From assembly GCF_020745735.1 (NCBI RefSeq), contig NC_083438.1:33230443-33294442 (forward strand): 64,000 nt of DNA, written 5' to 3'. Of the stretch, positions 11,201 to 23,859 are shown one piece after another. The notes below the pieces were generated by a model that saw only the letters and a program-made list of their open reading frames with translations, was not told the DNA's origin and did no database searches. Numbering within the stretch: position 1 is the stretch's first letter; each line of letters starts with the position of its first letter. This DNA comes from Hemiscyllium ocellatum (Eukaryota). The position numbers and the translations under genes were made by a program.

Positions 11201-11281
11201 CCCAAATGCCAGATTGCCTCTTGCGCTGGTAGGCCTCAACTTGAGGCTTCAGCGTCTGAGCTGAGGTAAAGGCTAACTCAC

Positions 11282-11336
11282 CAGCCACCGTTATGGAGCT
11301 CACTAGAAAATGCAGTTTGAAAAGCCAGTTCTTCAT
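11282..11336 (-). CDS. ICOSLG: B7/ICOSL-like gene, signal-peptide exon (MKNWLFKLHFLVSSITVA-G)
   Basis: cctttctctctAG|G ATG AAG...GTG GCT G|GTgagt. ATG at 11336, phase-1 end joins the IgV exon in frame (G+GC = Gly); basic N-terminus, hydrophobic core, small residues near the cleavage site. Confidence 0.8.
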
Positions 11337-11719
11337 CCTAGAGAGAAAGGATAAGGGAGTGTTAATGAAAGTCTTGGGCCATTTTGGCTTTCGGCCTACC
11401 AAAACAGGCTCCGTGCCCATGGGGTCAAAATGGCTGCTTCTCGAAACACATCCAGCACCTTCCCCCACAAGGGTCTCAAGTTCCAAGGAACGTCAAACTG
11501 ATATCTAGGACATTGCCGGGAGCTTCCTTGGAAACGTGACAAAGATAATATTCGAACTGTGTCGAATTTCTTTCTGCCAAGGCCTTATCTTTGGGTGGTC
11601 AGGAGAGGAAACCTAACACAGAGTCGTTTTATCGAATGTTTTCAGCCCCGACAGCGGCTGTTCGACATGTTTAACTTTGTCCAACCCAGTCCAACATTGC
11701 TCCTCCATGTCAAAGCAAC

Positions 11720-12010
11720 AGCACGGTGGCTCAGTGGTTAGCACTGCTGCCTCACAGCACCAGGGACCCGGGTTCGATTCCCGTCTCGGGCGACTGTCTG
11801 TGTGGAGTTTGCACATTCTCCCCGTGTCTGCGTGGGTTTACTCCGGTTTCCTCCCACAGTCCAAAGGGTGAAATGGCCAGGCTAAATTGCCTGCAGTGTT
11901 AGGTGCGTTCGTCAGGATAAATGTAGGGGAATGGGTCTGGGTGGGTTCCTCTCCGGAGGGTCGGTGTTGGGCCGAAGGGCCTGTTTCCACACGATAGGGA
12001 ATCTAATCTA
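11720..12010 (+). mobile_element. HE1-like SINE without tandem expansion
   Basis: gcacggtggctcagtggttagcactgctgcctcacagcaccagggacccgggttcgattcc head with clear A and B boxes. Confidence 0.85.
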
Positions 12011-12129
12011 AAAGACACCTTGGAGGTAGCTCACTGATGAAGGAGCAGCACACTGAAAGCTAGTGTTTCCAAATAATCCTGTTGGACGATAAACTTCATC
12101 CTTAGCTCCATTTTCCCCCATAACCCCAT

Positions 12130-15100
12130 AACAGGAAAGACGGATTGTACCTAAATTGGAAGGGGACTAATATACTGGCAGGGAAATTTGCTAGAACTGC
12201 TTGGGAGGATTTAAACTAGTAAGGTCGGGGGGTGGGACCCAGGGAGATAGTGAGGAAAGAGATCGATCTGAGACGGGTACAGCTGAGAACAGAAGTGAGT
12301 CAAACAGTCAGGGCAGGCAGGGACAAGGTAGGACTAATAAATTACACTGCATTTATTTCAATGCAAGGGGCCTAACAGGGAAGGCAGATGAACTCAGGGC
12401 ATGGTTAGGAACATGGGACTGGGATATCATAGCAATTACAGAAACATGGCTCAGGGATGGGCAGGACTGGCAGCTTAATGTTCCAGGATACAAATGCTAC
12501 AGGAAGGATAGAAAGGGAGGCAAGAGAGGAGGGGGAGTGACATTTTGATAAGGGATAGCATTACAACTGTCCTGAGGGAGGATATTCCTGGAAATACATC
12601 CTGGGAAGTTATTTGGGTGGAACTGAGAAATAAGAAAGGGATGGTCACCTTATTGGGATTGTATTATAGACCCCCTAATAGTCAGAGGGAAATTGAGAAA
12701 CAAACTTGTAAGGAGATCTCGGCTATCTGTAAGAATAATAGTGTGGTTATGGTCGGGGATTTTAACTTTCCAAACCTCGACTGGGACTGCCATTGTGTTA
12801 AAGGTTTAGATGGAGAGGAATTTGTTAAGTGTGTACAAGACAATTTTCTGATTCAGTGTGTGGATGTACCCACTAGAGAAGGTGCAAAACCTGACCTACT
12901 CTTGGGAAATAAGGCAGGGCAGGTGACTGAGGTGTCAGTGGGGGAGCACTTTGGGGCCAGTGCCATAATTCTGTTAGTTTTAAAATAGTGATGGAAAAGG
13001 ATAGACCAGATCTAAAAGTTGAAGTTCTAAATTGGATAAAGGCTAATTTTAACGTATTAGGCAAGAACTTTCAAAAGCTGATTGGGGGCAGATGTTCGCA
13101 GGTAAAGGGACGGCTGGAAAATGGGAAGCCTTCAGAAATAAGATAATGAGAATCCAGAGAAAGTATATTCCTGTCAGGGTGAAAGGGAAGGCTGGTAGAT
13201 ATAGGGAATGCTGGATGACTAAAGAAATTGAGGGTTTCGTTAAGAAAAAGAAGGAAGCATATGTCACGTACAGACAGAATAGATCGCGTGAATCCCTAGA
13301 AGAGTATAAAGGCAGTAGGAGTATACATACGAGGGAAATCAGGAGGGCAAAACGGGGACATGAGATAGCTTTGGCAAATAGAATTTAGGAGAATCCAAAG
13401 GGTTTTTACAAATATATTAAGAACAAAAGGGTAACTAGGGAGAGAATAGGGCCCCTCAAAGGTCAGCAAGGCGGCCTTTGTGTGGAGCCGCAGAAAATGA
13501 AGGAGATTCTAAACATATATTTTGCATCAGTATTTATTGTGGAAAAGGACATGGAAGATATAGAAGGTGACACATTGTAAAATGTCCATATTACAGAGGA
13601 GGAAGTGCTGGATGTCATGAAACACAAAGGTGGATAAATCTCCAGGACCTGATCAGGTATACCCGAGAACTCTGTAGGAAGCTAGGGAAGTGATTGCTGG
13701 GCCTCTTGCTGAGATATTTGTATCATCGATAGTCACAGGTGAGATGCCGGAAGACTGGAGGTTGGCAAACGTGGTGCCACTGTTTAAGAAGGGCGGTAAG
13801 GACAAGCCAGGGAACTATAGACCAGTGAGCCTGACCTCAGTGGTGGGCAAGTTGTTGGAGGAAATCCTGAGGGACAGGATGTACATGTATTTGGAAAGGC
13901 AAGGACTGATTCGGGATAGTCAACATGGCTTTATGCGTGGGAAATCATGTCTCACAAACTTGATTGAGGTTTTTTGAAGAAGTAACAAAGAGGATTGATG
14001 AGGGCAGAGCAGTAGATGTGATCTATATGGACTTCAGTAAGGCGTTCGACAAGGTTCCCCATGGGAGACTGGTTAGCAAGGTTAGATCTCATGGAATACA
14101 GGGGGAACTAGCCATTTGGATACAGAACTGGCTCAAAGGTAGAAGACAGAGGGTGGAGGTGGAGGGTTATTTTTCAGACTGGAGGCCTGTGACCAGTGGA
14201 GTGCCACAAGGATCGGTGCTGGGCCATCTACTTTGTCATTTACATAAATGATTTGGATGTGAGCATAAGAGGTACAGTTAGTAAGTTTGCAGATGAGACC
14301 AAAATTGGAGGTGTAGTGGACAGCGAAGAGGGTTACCTCAGATTACAACAGGATCTGGACCAGATGGGCCAATGGGCTGAGAAGTGGCAGATGGAGTTTA
14401 ATTCAGATAAATGCGAGGTGCTGCATTTTGGGAAAGCATATCTTAGCAGGACTTATACACTTAATGGTAAGGTCCTAGGGAGTGTTGCTGAACAAAGAGA
14501 CCTTGGAGTGCAGGTTCATAGCTCCTTGAAAGTGGAGTCGCAGGTAGATAGGATAGTGAAGAAGGCGTTTGGTATGCTTTCCTTTATTGGTCAGAGTATT
14601 GAGTGCAGGAGTTGGGAGGTCATGTTGTGGCTGTACAGGATATTGGTTAGGCCACTGTTGGAATATGCGTGCAATTCTGGTCTCCTTCCTATTGGAAAGA
14701 TGTTGTGAAACTTGGAAGGGTTCAGAAAAGATTTACAAGGATGTTGCCAGGGTTGGAGGATTTGAGCTACAGGGAGAGGCTGAACAGGCTGGGGCTGTTT
14801 TCCCTGGAGCGTCGGAGGCTGAGGGGTGACCTTATAGAGGTTTACAAAATCATGAGGGGCATGGATAGGGTAAACAAACAGACTTTTCCCTGGGGTGGGG
14901 GAGTCCAGAACTAGAGGGGCATAGGTTTAGGGCAGGAGGGGAAAGATATATAAGGAAACTAAAGGGCAGCTTTTTCACACAGAGGGTGGTATGTGTATGG
15001 AATGAGCTGCCAGAGGATGTGGTGAGGCTGGTACAATTACAGCATTTAAGAGGCATTTGGATGGGTATATGAATAGGAAGGGTTTGGAGGGATATGGGCC

Positions 15101-15200
15101 GGGTGCTGGCAGGTGGGACTAGGTTGGGTTGGGATATCTGGGTCAGCATGGAGGGGTTGGACCGAAGGGTCTGTTTCTGCGCTGTACATCTCTGTGACTC
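12130..15200 (+). mobile_element. CR1/HER1-type LINE with end of ORF1 and near-complete but disrupted ORF2 (APE endonuclease + RT)
   Basis: ORF1 end DGLYLNWKGTNILAGKF*; APE motifs YFNARGL, IAITETW, VGDFNFP; RT motifs NYRPVSLTS, QHGF, DFSKAFDKVPH, GVPQGSVLG, FADET. Split over several frames, so non-functional. Confidence 0.95.
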
Positions 15201-15774
15201 TCTGACTATAAACACCAAACTCCACCCATTCGCTGTTTAAAACCCTGTCCGTCTCACCTTTGGATCGGTTCGATGACCCAGCCCACTCCAGCTCTCGGTG
15301 ATTAGGAGTCAACAGGTTCACTCCCCTCTGGGAGAACAGATTCCACCCCAACTCTGTCTTCAATGAGCGACCCTTATTCTGAGATTCTCACCCCCTGCTC
15401 CTCAACTCTTCCCCCCAAGGGGAAACAACAGTTCCTGTGAAATCTTCGAAGAATTTCAGGCACTACATTCCAAGCCATTCAGCTCCAATATCTTTCTCAC
15501 GTTACCATAGTGAGCAAGGTTAAAACCTGTATCGGTGGATGTACCAACTGTAGGTAAGTGGTTTTCCCACTGTTTACAGGGAGCGTTGTTTTTTCCAAAG
15601 GGAAACGTGTGTGGCCGGAACAAAAAGACGTGCGAGCGATTATGGTGACAACAATTGGTGTGATGACTCAGATCGGCTTTATTGCCCAAGGGAGGGAGAC
15701 CAAGGTGGAGGGCAAAGGTCAGGTCTCCGGTTCAGGAATGATCAATGAAACTGGGAAAGGCCTTGGGGTTGTTT

Positions 15775-16448
15775 CATAGAATCCCTACAGTGTGGAAACA
15801 GGCCCTTCAGCCCAACAACCCCTCTGAAGAGTATCCCACCCAGACCCATTCCCCTACATTTACCCCTGACTAATTCAGCTAACCTGCACATCCCTGGGCA
15901 CCATGGGACAATTTAGCATGGCCAATCCACCCTAACATGCACATCCCTGGGCACTGTGGGACAATTTAGCATGGCCAATCCACCCTAACCTGCACATCCC
16001 TGGGCACTGTGGGACAATTTAGCATGGCCAATCCACCCTAACCTGCACATCCCTGGGCACTATGGGACAATTTAGCATGGCCAATTCACCCTAACCTACA
16101 CATCCTTGGGCACTATGGGACAATTTAGCATGGCCAATCCACCCTAACCTGCACATCCCTGGGCACTATGGGACAATTTAGTATGGCCAATCCACCCTAA
16201 CCTGCACATCCCTGGGCACTATGGGACAATTTAGCATGGCTAATCCACCCTGACCTACACATCCCTGGGCACTATGGGACAATTTAGCATGGCCAATCCA
16301 CCCTAACCTGCACATCTTTCAACTATGGGAGTAAACCCACACAGACAGTTGGAAAACGTGCAAACTCCACACAGACAGTCACCTGAGGCTGGAATCGAAC
16401 CCGGGTCCCTGGCGCTGGGAGGCAGCAGTGCTAACCACTGAGCCACCT
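15775..16448 (-). mobile_element. HE1-like SINE with ~8 internal 53-bp units
   Basis: Head on the minus strand at 16390-16448; tandem units at 15880-16320. Confidence 0.85.
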
Positions 16449-17284
16449 TTGTTTTCCTTCCCTCCCAACGAGTCAAGTCAGGTTATTCCAGTGAAAGGTG
16501 GCGACTGGAGACTTAATGAATACTTTGCCTATTGTGGAGGACCTTGACGTTGATGAGGACAGTGTGAAACAGACTGACATGTTTGATCAGGTTGATGTTA
16601 AGGAGGATGTGCTGAAAAGTTTGAAAAACATTAGGGTAGATGCTAGGCACGTGGAAGATGCTAAAATGGAGGTTGTGTAGGTTAGTCAGACCTTAGAGTA
16701 GGATAAAAGGCCAGCACAATATGGAAGGCCGAAAGGCCTGTACTGTGCTGTGCTGTTCTAAGTGTTCAAAAGCCAGCCTTACCATTCGTCAGAAACAAAG
16801 AAAATAGGTACAGGAGGAGGCCATTCAGCCCTTCGGGCCTGCACTGCCATTCAACACAACCATGGCTGATACCAGTATCCCATTCCCGCCCTCTCTCCAT
16901 GACCCTTGATCCCTTTAGCCCCCTGGTTCATGTCCACTCTTGAGTCTATCTAATGGACTGGCCCCCAATAGCTTTCTGTGCTGCGGGGAGTTCCATAGGT
17001 TTGTAACTCTCCAGGTGAGGAATTTACTTCCTCAGAGAGTCATAGAGTGATAGAGACGTACAGCACAGAAACAGACCCTTTGGTCCAACCCGTCCATGTG
17101 GACCCGGGTATCCCAACCCAATCTAGTCCCACTTGCCAGCACTTGGCCCATATCCCTCCAAACCTTCCCAATCTTGATGAAGGGCTTTTGCCCAAAACGT
17201 TGGTTTTCCCGCTCCTCGGATGCTGCCTGACCTGCTATGCTCTTCCAGCACCACTCTAATCTTGACCCTAATCTCCAGCATCAT

Positions 17285-17900
17285 AGAGTCAGAGAGTCTT
17301 AGAGATGGACAGCACGGAAACAGACCCTTCGGCCCAACCCGTCCATGCCGACCCAGATATCCCAACCCAACCTAGTCCCACCTGCCAGCACCCGGCCCAT
17401 ATCCCTCCAAACCCTTCCTATTCATATACCCATCCAAATGCCTCTTAAATGCTGTAATTGTACCAGCCTCCACCACATCCTCTGGCAGCTCATTCCATAC
17501 ACATATCACCCTCTGTGTGAAAAAGTTGCCCTTTAGTTTCCTTATATATCTTTCCCCTCCCGCCCTAAACCTATGCCCTAGTTCTGGACTCCCCCACCCC
17601 AGGGAAAAGTCTGTTTGTTTATCCTATCCATGCCCCTCATGATTTTGTAAACCTCTATAAGGTCACCCCTCAGCCTCTGACGCTCCAGGGAAACAGCCCC
17701 AGCCTGTTCAGCCTCTCCCTGTAGCTCAAACCCTCCGACCCTGGCAACATCCTTGTAAATCTTTTCTGAACCCTTTCAAGTTTCACAACATCTTTCCGAT
17801 AGGAAGGAGACCAGAATTACACACAACGTTCCAACAGTGGCCTAACCAATGTCCTGTACAGCTGCAACATGACCTCCCAACCCCTGTACTCAATACAATA
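17285..17900 (-). mobile_element. CR1/HER1-type LINE 3' fragment
   Basis: Reverse complement of the 14560-15200 region. Confidence 0.9.
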
Positions 17901-19913
17901 AATGAAAGCAGTCTGAAAGGGAACACACTTGATTGGAGGTATGAAACTTTGCAAAATAAAAGCAGTCAGTCTGGTATTTAAGAAATATTTTGATCCTTTT
18001 TTTCTGAGCATCTCCCTGTCTGTCCCTCCAATGATGGGACTGCCCCGTGCGAACAAGGGGGAATTCCCTGTTTTCGGATTGAATTCTCAGATAAAACTTT
18101 TCTCTGTTGTCGGGGTCAGTCTCCTTCTCCCCAGATCTTCACCCGCCTGGCAATCGCTTTCAGGATGACTAACGGAACCTCACGACAAGAGAAAAAGCTG
18201 CCCCCTTGGAGTGATCGAGCCAATTTGCCCCACTCTCCCCTCCTCGCCCCCCCCGGCCAAACCCCAACAACCCTCCCTCCCCCACACCTCACCTCCCCAG
18301 AACTCCCCTGTTTATCCCCTCGCTTTTGGAATGTTCCTGGTGGAACTGCGCCCTTTCAGACAACGCGTCCCAGACCACAACAACTCATCGAGAGAAACAC
18401 ATTCTCTGTGCCTTTTCTCTCTCCGTTCGCTTCAACCCACGTCCCTCCTGGTCACCAACCCTCTAACCGTGGGCTCAGGGTTCTACGCCCATCCCACCTG
18501 CACTACCCCATCCCCCTGGCAATTCGACCGCGCATGGAGCGCCGTCCGGGACGAGGGGACGTTTTGACTTCATTTATGACCTTGCTTTGGGTGTTAATCC
18601 CCCTCCCCCCTAGGTCAGTCCTCCCGACCCCCTTTCCTCCTTTATGAGCTGAGGCGGGGGGGTTCTTGAGGACGTGTATTGGAGAGTGGGACTGGGGCCC
18701 ACATAAGCTGGGGGCTCCTGGCCTTCCTGCTCTGGGATACCCCACCGCGGCTGATTTTGAACAGGGTGACGAGGCGAGTGGCCCTTGGGTTTGGCAGTGG
18801 GGGCATCCTGACCCGGGCCACAGGACCTTGGGGGCCATCAATGGCGTTGACTAACGATACAACGGTTTTGGGAGGATTCGAGAGCGACCACAACAACGGG
18901 GAGGCAGCCTTGGAAACCGTCCGCCCCAAGGCCACGGAGCTCCGGGCCTACCTGAGGCCTGGATAATTCAGGCCTTGTCCTACAGACCTCAGCCCCTGGA
19001 CTAGCTGCTGCACAGATCTACCACCCCCCCCCCCCCCCCTCAACTCCCTACGCACCCCTGTCCTGGTTGGGCCCTTCTATTTCTGGATCGTTACCCAGAA
19101 CAGCTAGGCCGCTGATTGTCTCATGCTTTCTGGTTTTTGTTTTATGTCTCTGTTCACTCTTTTGCCTACCCACCCCACAGACACCCTACACTCAGGACCA
19201 GAATGCCCCTTCATTTACTCCCCCAGAGACCACCTCTGACCAAACAGCCATTTCTCCCATGGATCCCCTCACAAACCCGGCCTACCACAGGCTTCTGACA
19301 TTTCACCACTCCACAGGACTTCAGGCCTACACAGACCTCAGGCCTACAACAGGGCATATGCCCTACACCAGGGGATTTGACCTACAACAGCATATCAGGC
19401 CCTATCAGGGTATGTGTCCACTACCAGGGTATCTGGCCTACAGTAGGGGATGGACGCCATTTAGATCGATGCATGAACAGGAAGGGTTTGGAGGGATATG
19501 GGCCAGGAGCAGGAAGGTGGGACTAGTTTAATTTAGGATTATGGTTAGCGTGGGCCAAAGGGTCTGTTTAATGGTGACCATAATCCCAAACTGAAATGGT
19601 CCCACCTGCCTGCTCCTGGTCCATATGCCTCCAAACCTTTCCTACTCACGTATTTATCCAAATGTCTTTTAAACTTTGTAACTATTCAGCCGGATCAGCT
19701 ACACGCGATTGAAGAATTTCGACCATTATTTGTAGAACGTGAACTTTCCTTAGGGACTATAAAGCAACTCCTACCCCACTAATTTAAATAACGTGGCTAT
19801 TAAGAGATTTTCCTATCACACGAGGTCACACAAGATCACAACGATCACGTTATATCAGGACTGACTGTACCCGCATCTCCTACTTCCTCTGAAGTTCATT
19901 CCACACAGGAACT

Positions 19914-20365
19914 TTTAGATTAGATTAGATTACTTACAGTGTGGAAACAGGCCCTTCGGCCCAACAAGTCCACAGCGACCCTCCTAAGCGCAAATCACCC
20001 AGGCCCATTCCCCTACATTTACCCCTTCACCTAACACTAAGGGCAATTTAGCATGGCCAATCCATCCTAACCTGCACATCTCTGGGCACTATGGGCCAAT
20101 TTAGCATGGCCAATCCACCCTAACCTGCACATCCCTGGCACTATGGGACAATTTAGCATGGCCAATCCACTCTAACCTGCACATCCCTGGGCACTATGGG
20201 ACAATTTAGCGTGGCCAATCCACCCTAACCTGCACATCCCTGGGCACTATGGGACAATTTAGCGTGGCCAATCCACCCTAACCTGCACATCTTTGGACTG
20301 TGGGAGGAAACTGGAGCACCCGGAGGAAACCCACACAGACACGGGGAGAATGTGCAAACAGTCAG
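19914..20365 (-). mobile_element. Partial HE1-like SINE with ~5 internal 53-bp units
   Basis: Tail (gattagattagatt), tandem units, body; head missing. Confidence 0.8.
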
Positions 20366-20660
20366 TCGTGATCTGAGCAAATTGCTCCTGTGTCTTTTTT
20401 AAATCTCTCTCCCCTCACCTTAAAAACATACTCTATAATCTTGAAATGGGGGAAAGGCACCAGCCACTCGCCTTATCTATACCCCACAGGATTTTATAAA
20501 ACCTCCATCAGGTCAGCTCTCAACCTCCTACACTCCAATGAAACAGGTCCCAGCCTCTCCGTATAACTCAAACCCTCCGACCCGGCATCATCCTGGGAAA
20601 TCTCTTCCGAACCCTCTCCTGCTTCATAATAAGGGAGACCAGAACTCAACACAGTACTCA

Positions 20661-21200
20661 GTTAGGGTCAGGGTGAGAGTTAGGGTTACGGCTGGGGTTT
20701 GGGTTGGGATTAGAGTTAGATTAAGGTTAGGATATTGGGTTTAGGATTGGACTGGGGTTAGGATGTTGGGTTTAGGATTGGAGTGAGATTAAGGTGTTGG
20801 GATTAGTGTTGGGTTTAGGGTTGGGATTAGGGTTAGGGTTGGGATTGGATTAGTGTTGGGTTTAGGGTTGGGATTAGGGTTAGGGTTGGGATTGGATTTA
20901 GGGTTAGCGTTGGGATTGTGATTGAGATTAGGGTTAGGGTTGGGTTAGAGTTGAGGTTAGAGCTGGTTTTAGGATTAGTTTTGGGAATGGGATTAGGGTT
21001 AGCATTGGGATTAGGATTGGGATTATGGTTAGGGTTGGGATTGCGTTTACGGTTAGCGTTGGGGTTGGGAATGGGATTAGGGTTAGGTTTGGGATTGGGA
21101 TTGAGATTAGGTTTGGAATTAGGGTTGGGGTTAGGAGTTGAGGGTTGGGTTTATGGGGTTGAGGTTAGACGCTGGGGGTTGAGGTTAGGGTTAGACTTTG
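20661..21200 (+). repeat. Degenerate TTAGGG-like interstitial hexamer array
   Basis: 6-bp periodic ttaggg, ttggga and ttagga variants, including exact TTAGGG doublets. Confidence 0.75.
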
Positions 21201-21912
21201 GATGAGGGTGGTTGGGTAGGCAATGAACTGTCATCACCAGGTATCCATTCAAACTGTCACCATCCCGTCTCCATCTGATGGAAAAGAGCATCAGAAATGT
21301 GATATACTACTGAGGCAGTGTTTGGTTATAATTGCATGCTAATATATGCTGATGTGTGCATGCATATTAATGAATGGCAACACATGCTAATCCATGGTAA
21401 TATATGCTAAAATGCATTAATGAATGCTAATGTATGCTCATGCATGCTAATACGTGCTCATTTATACAGAGAATACTCTCACTGCTCACGAATAGCATCC
21501 TGTCTTGCTGGTGACCAATCGGTTAGAGACTGAGACTTCTTGCTCTTTATCAATGGATGACCTCGCTTAGTTTTCACCTTAAATTCTAGCGTCACTCCAT
21601 CTCTGGGAAAATCACAGCGTGAGTCACAGCACTGACTCTCTTTCAGACTGTAGCCCTGACGTTTGCTCCCCTCGGACCCACTCTCTGGGTGTTGCGAAGT
21701 GGCCGTGATCTCGATCCCTCTTGTCCGTAATGTTAATTATTTACACTCCCTCCCTGCTCGCTCTCTCTCTCTCTCTCTCTCTCGTTCCCTCAATCGCCTG
21801 CGGTGTTTGAGAGCTGATTTTCACCAGCTTCGTGGGTGTTTCTGAGCAGGGTAACTCCTGACATCTCAGTAACGTCCATCAGGGGGTACAACCAGACCCT
21901 GATACCCCACTC

Positions 21913-21956
<44 letters not shown>

Positions 21957-22547
21957 AGGGATCCCTCAAGAAAGACCGCTGCTCCTGAAAGGGTTCAGGC
22001 CGGACGGAGGGCCTTGTAAATTTGGCGTGTGCGCCCCCACCCACTCCAGTCTAGGGGATGAACGGGATAGGGGTGTCTCATCGAGTGACAGGTTGATGGG
22101 AGAGAAACTATTTCTGGGTGGGGAGGGTTGGGGGGAAGATTCAGAGTCTATCAAATCCAAACCCGTTCTCTTTCTGAGGAGGGGGAGACGGGCAGGAATG
22201 TGTCAGGAAACATCTGCCCCCTCACAGGGGTTGGCGGTGGGGGGAGCAATGCAGAAGGTCTCAGGGCTGGCAGGGGGTGTCAGTAGAAAATGTCAAGAGG
22301 TGGGTGTGGGGGTTCAAGGGTTAGACAAGGTCAGACGTCATGCAACACTAGGTCATTGTCCAAGGGTTCATGTGAAATCACAAGCGCTGCCAGGGGAAGG
22401 GGCTAAGCTCTCAAAGCTTGTGATTTTCAATAAACCTATCGGGCGATGACCTGGTGTCATGTGACGGTCTGACCTTGTCTACCCCTAGTCCCAACACAGG
22501 CACCTCCACATCACAGAAGGAAGGGTCTGTTATAGGTCAGGAGGGTG

Positions 22548-23418
22548 AGAGATGGGGGCAGCTCCAACAACACTCAAGAGACTCGACACCATCCAGGGAC
22601 AAAGCAGCCCCCGGCTGGATTGGCCCCGCACCCACAAACATCCCCTCCCTTCCCCCACCGACGCTCAGTAACAGCAGTGTGTACCATCCCCTCCCTCCCC
22701 CCACCCCCCCTCAGTAACAGCAGTGTGTACCATCCCCTCCCCCCACCCCCCCTCAGTAACAGCAGTGTGTACCATCCCCTCCCTCCCCCCATCCCCTCTC
22801 AGTAACAGCAGTGTGTACCATCCCCTCCCTCCCCCCATCCCCTCTCAGTAACAGCAGTGTGTACCATCCCCTCCCTCCCCCCACCCCCCCCTCAGTAACA
22901 GCAGTGTGTACCATCCCCTCCCTCCCCCCACCCCCCCCTCAGTAACAGCAGTGTGTACCATCCCCTCCCTCCCCCCACCCCCCCTCAGTAACAGCAGTGT
23001 GTACCATCCCCTCCCTCCCCCCACCCCCCCTCAGTAACAGCAGTGTGTACCATCCCCTCCCTCCACCCCCCCTCAGTAACAGCAGTGTGTACCAGCTACA
23101 AGACCCACTGCAGAAACTCACCAAAGACCCTCAGGCAGCACCTTCCAAACCCACGGCCACTTCCATCTGGAAGGACAAGGGGCAGCAGGTACAGGGGAAC
23201 ACCACCCTCCTGCAAGTTCCCCTCCACTCACCCTCCTGACTTGGAAATTGTTCCTTCCTGGGTCAGAATCCTGGAATTCCCTCCCTCAGGGACATTGTGG
23301 GTCTACCCACAGCACATGGCTCACGAAGGCAGCTCACCCCCACCTTCTCAAGGGTGGGGGGGGGGCAACTAGGGACGAGGAGATAAATACTGGGCCCCCC
23401 CACAAATGAATGAATAAA
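22548..23418 (+). mobile_element. CR1-type 3' end with internal ~46-bp minisatellite (composite copy 2)
   Basis: Same flanks and repeat as 256-1085, continuing into the LINE 3' tail ending in aatgaatgaataaaa. Confidence 0.8.
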
Positions 23419-23859
23419 ACTATGTATGTTTCATATTCATTAAATAAACCCGTGCTTCAAAATGATTGATCCATTTACTGGCAGTTTTAAGATGACTCCA
23501 GTTTCACTGTGCCAGTTCTTAAGCTTAAAACTGAATCTGAATTTATTCCCTGAAGATTAACTTCAACATGCAAATGTAAACACACCAATCAATTTAAAGT
23601 AGGTGGAGATAACCACCTTCAGATTTAAGACAGTCCTAAAAATCTTATCTAAATTCTGAACGATACTGAAAAGATTACCTGCCGTTTGAAATGATTCTAA
23701 AATACTTGATCTTCAAATGTTCACCCTAAAGTCACTCTCGAAGGTTTGACACTTCTCACAACTTCTTCTATTTCACTTTAAGTGATGTTGCAAAGTTGCC
23801 TCAGTTTACCAAATTTTCCCGGCCGGTGAGAAGCTGCTAAACCTGCTCACCAAACCTAC

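Noticed and set aside
10029-11790. tRNA-like sequences with A and B boxes (10029-10095, 11720-11790)
   Set aside because: They are heads of HE1-like SINEs that continue into the SINE body; no complete cloverleaf.
11518-18068. Additional kappaB-consensus 10-mers (GGGAGCTTCC at 11518, GGGAATTCCC at 18059)
   Set aside because: The degenerate consensus is expected several times by chance in 64 kb; no supporting context.
21480-21540. CCAAT box as part of an MHC-type S-X-Y promoter
   Set aside because: No X or X2 box at the required spacing.
23568-23575. Octamer ATGCAAAT in the putative first intron
   Set aside because: About two hits are expected by chance in 64 kb, and another lies inside a repeat at 34448.
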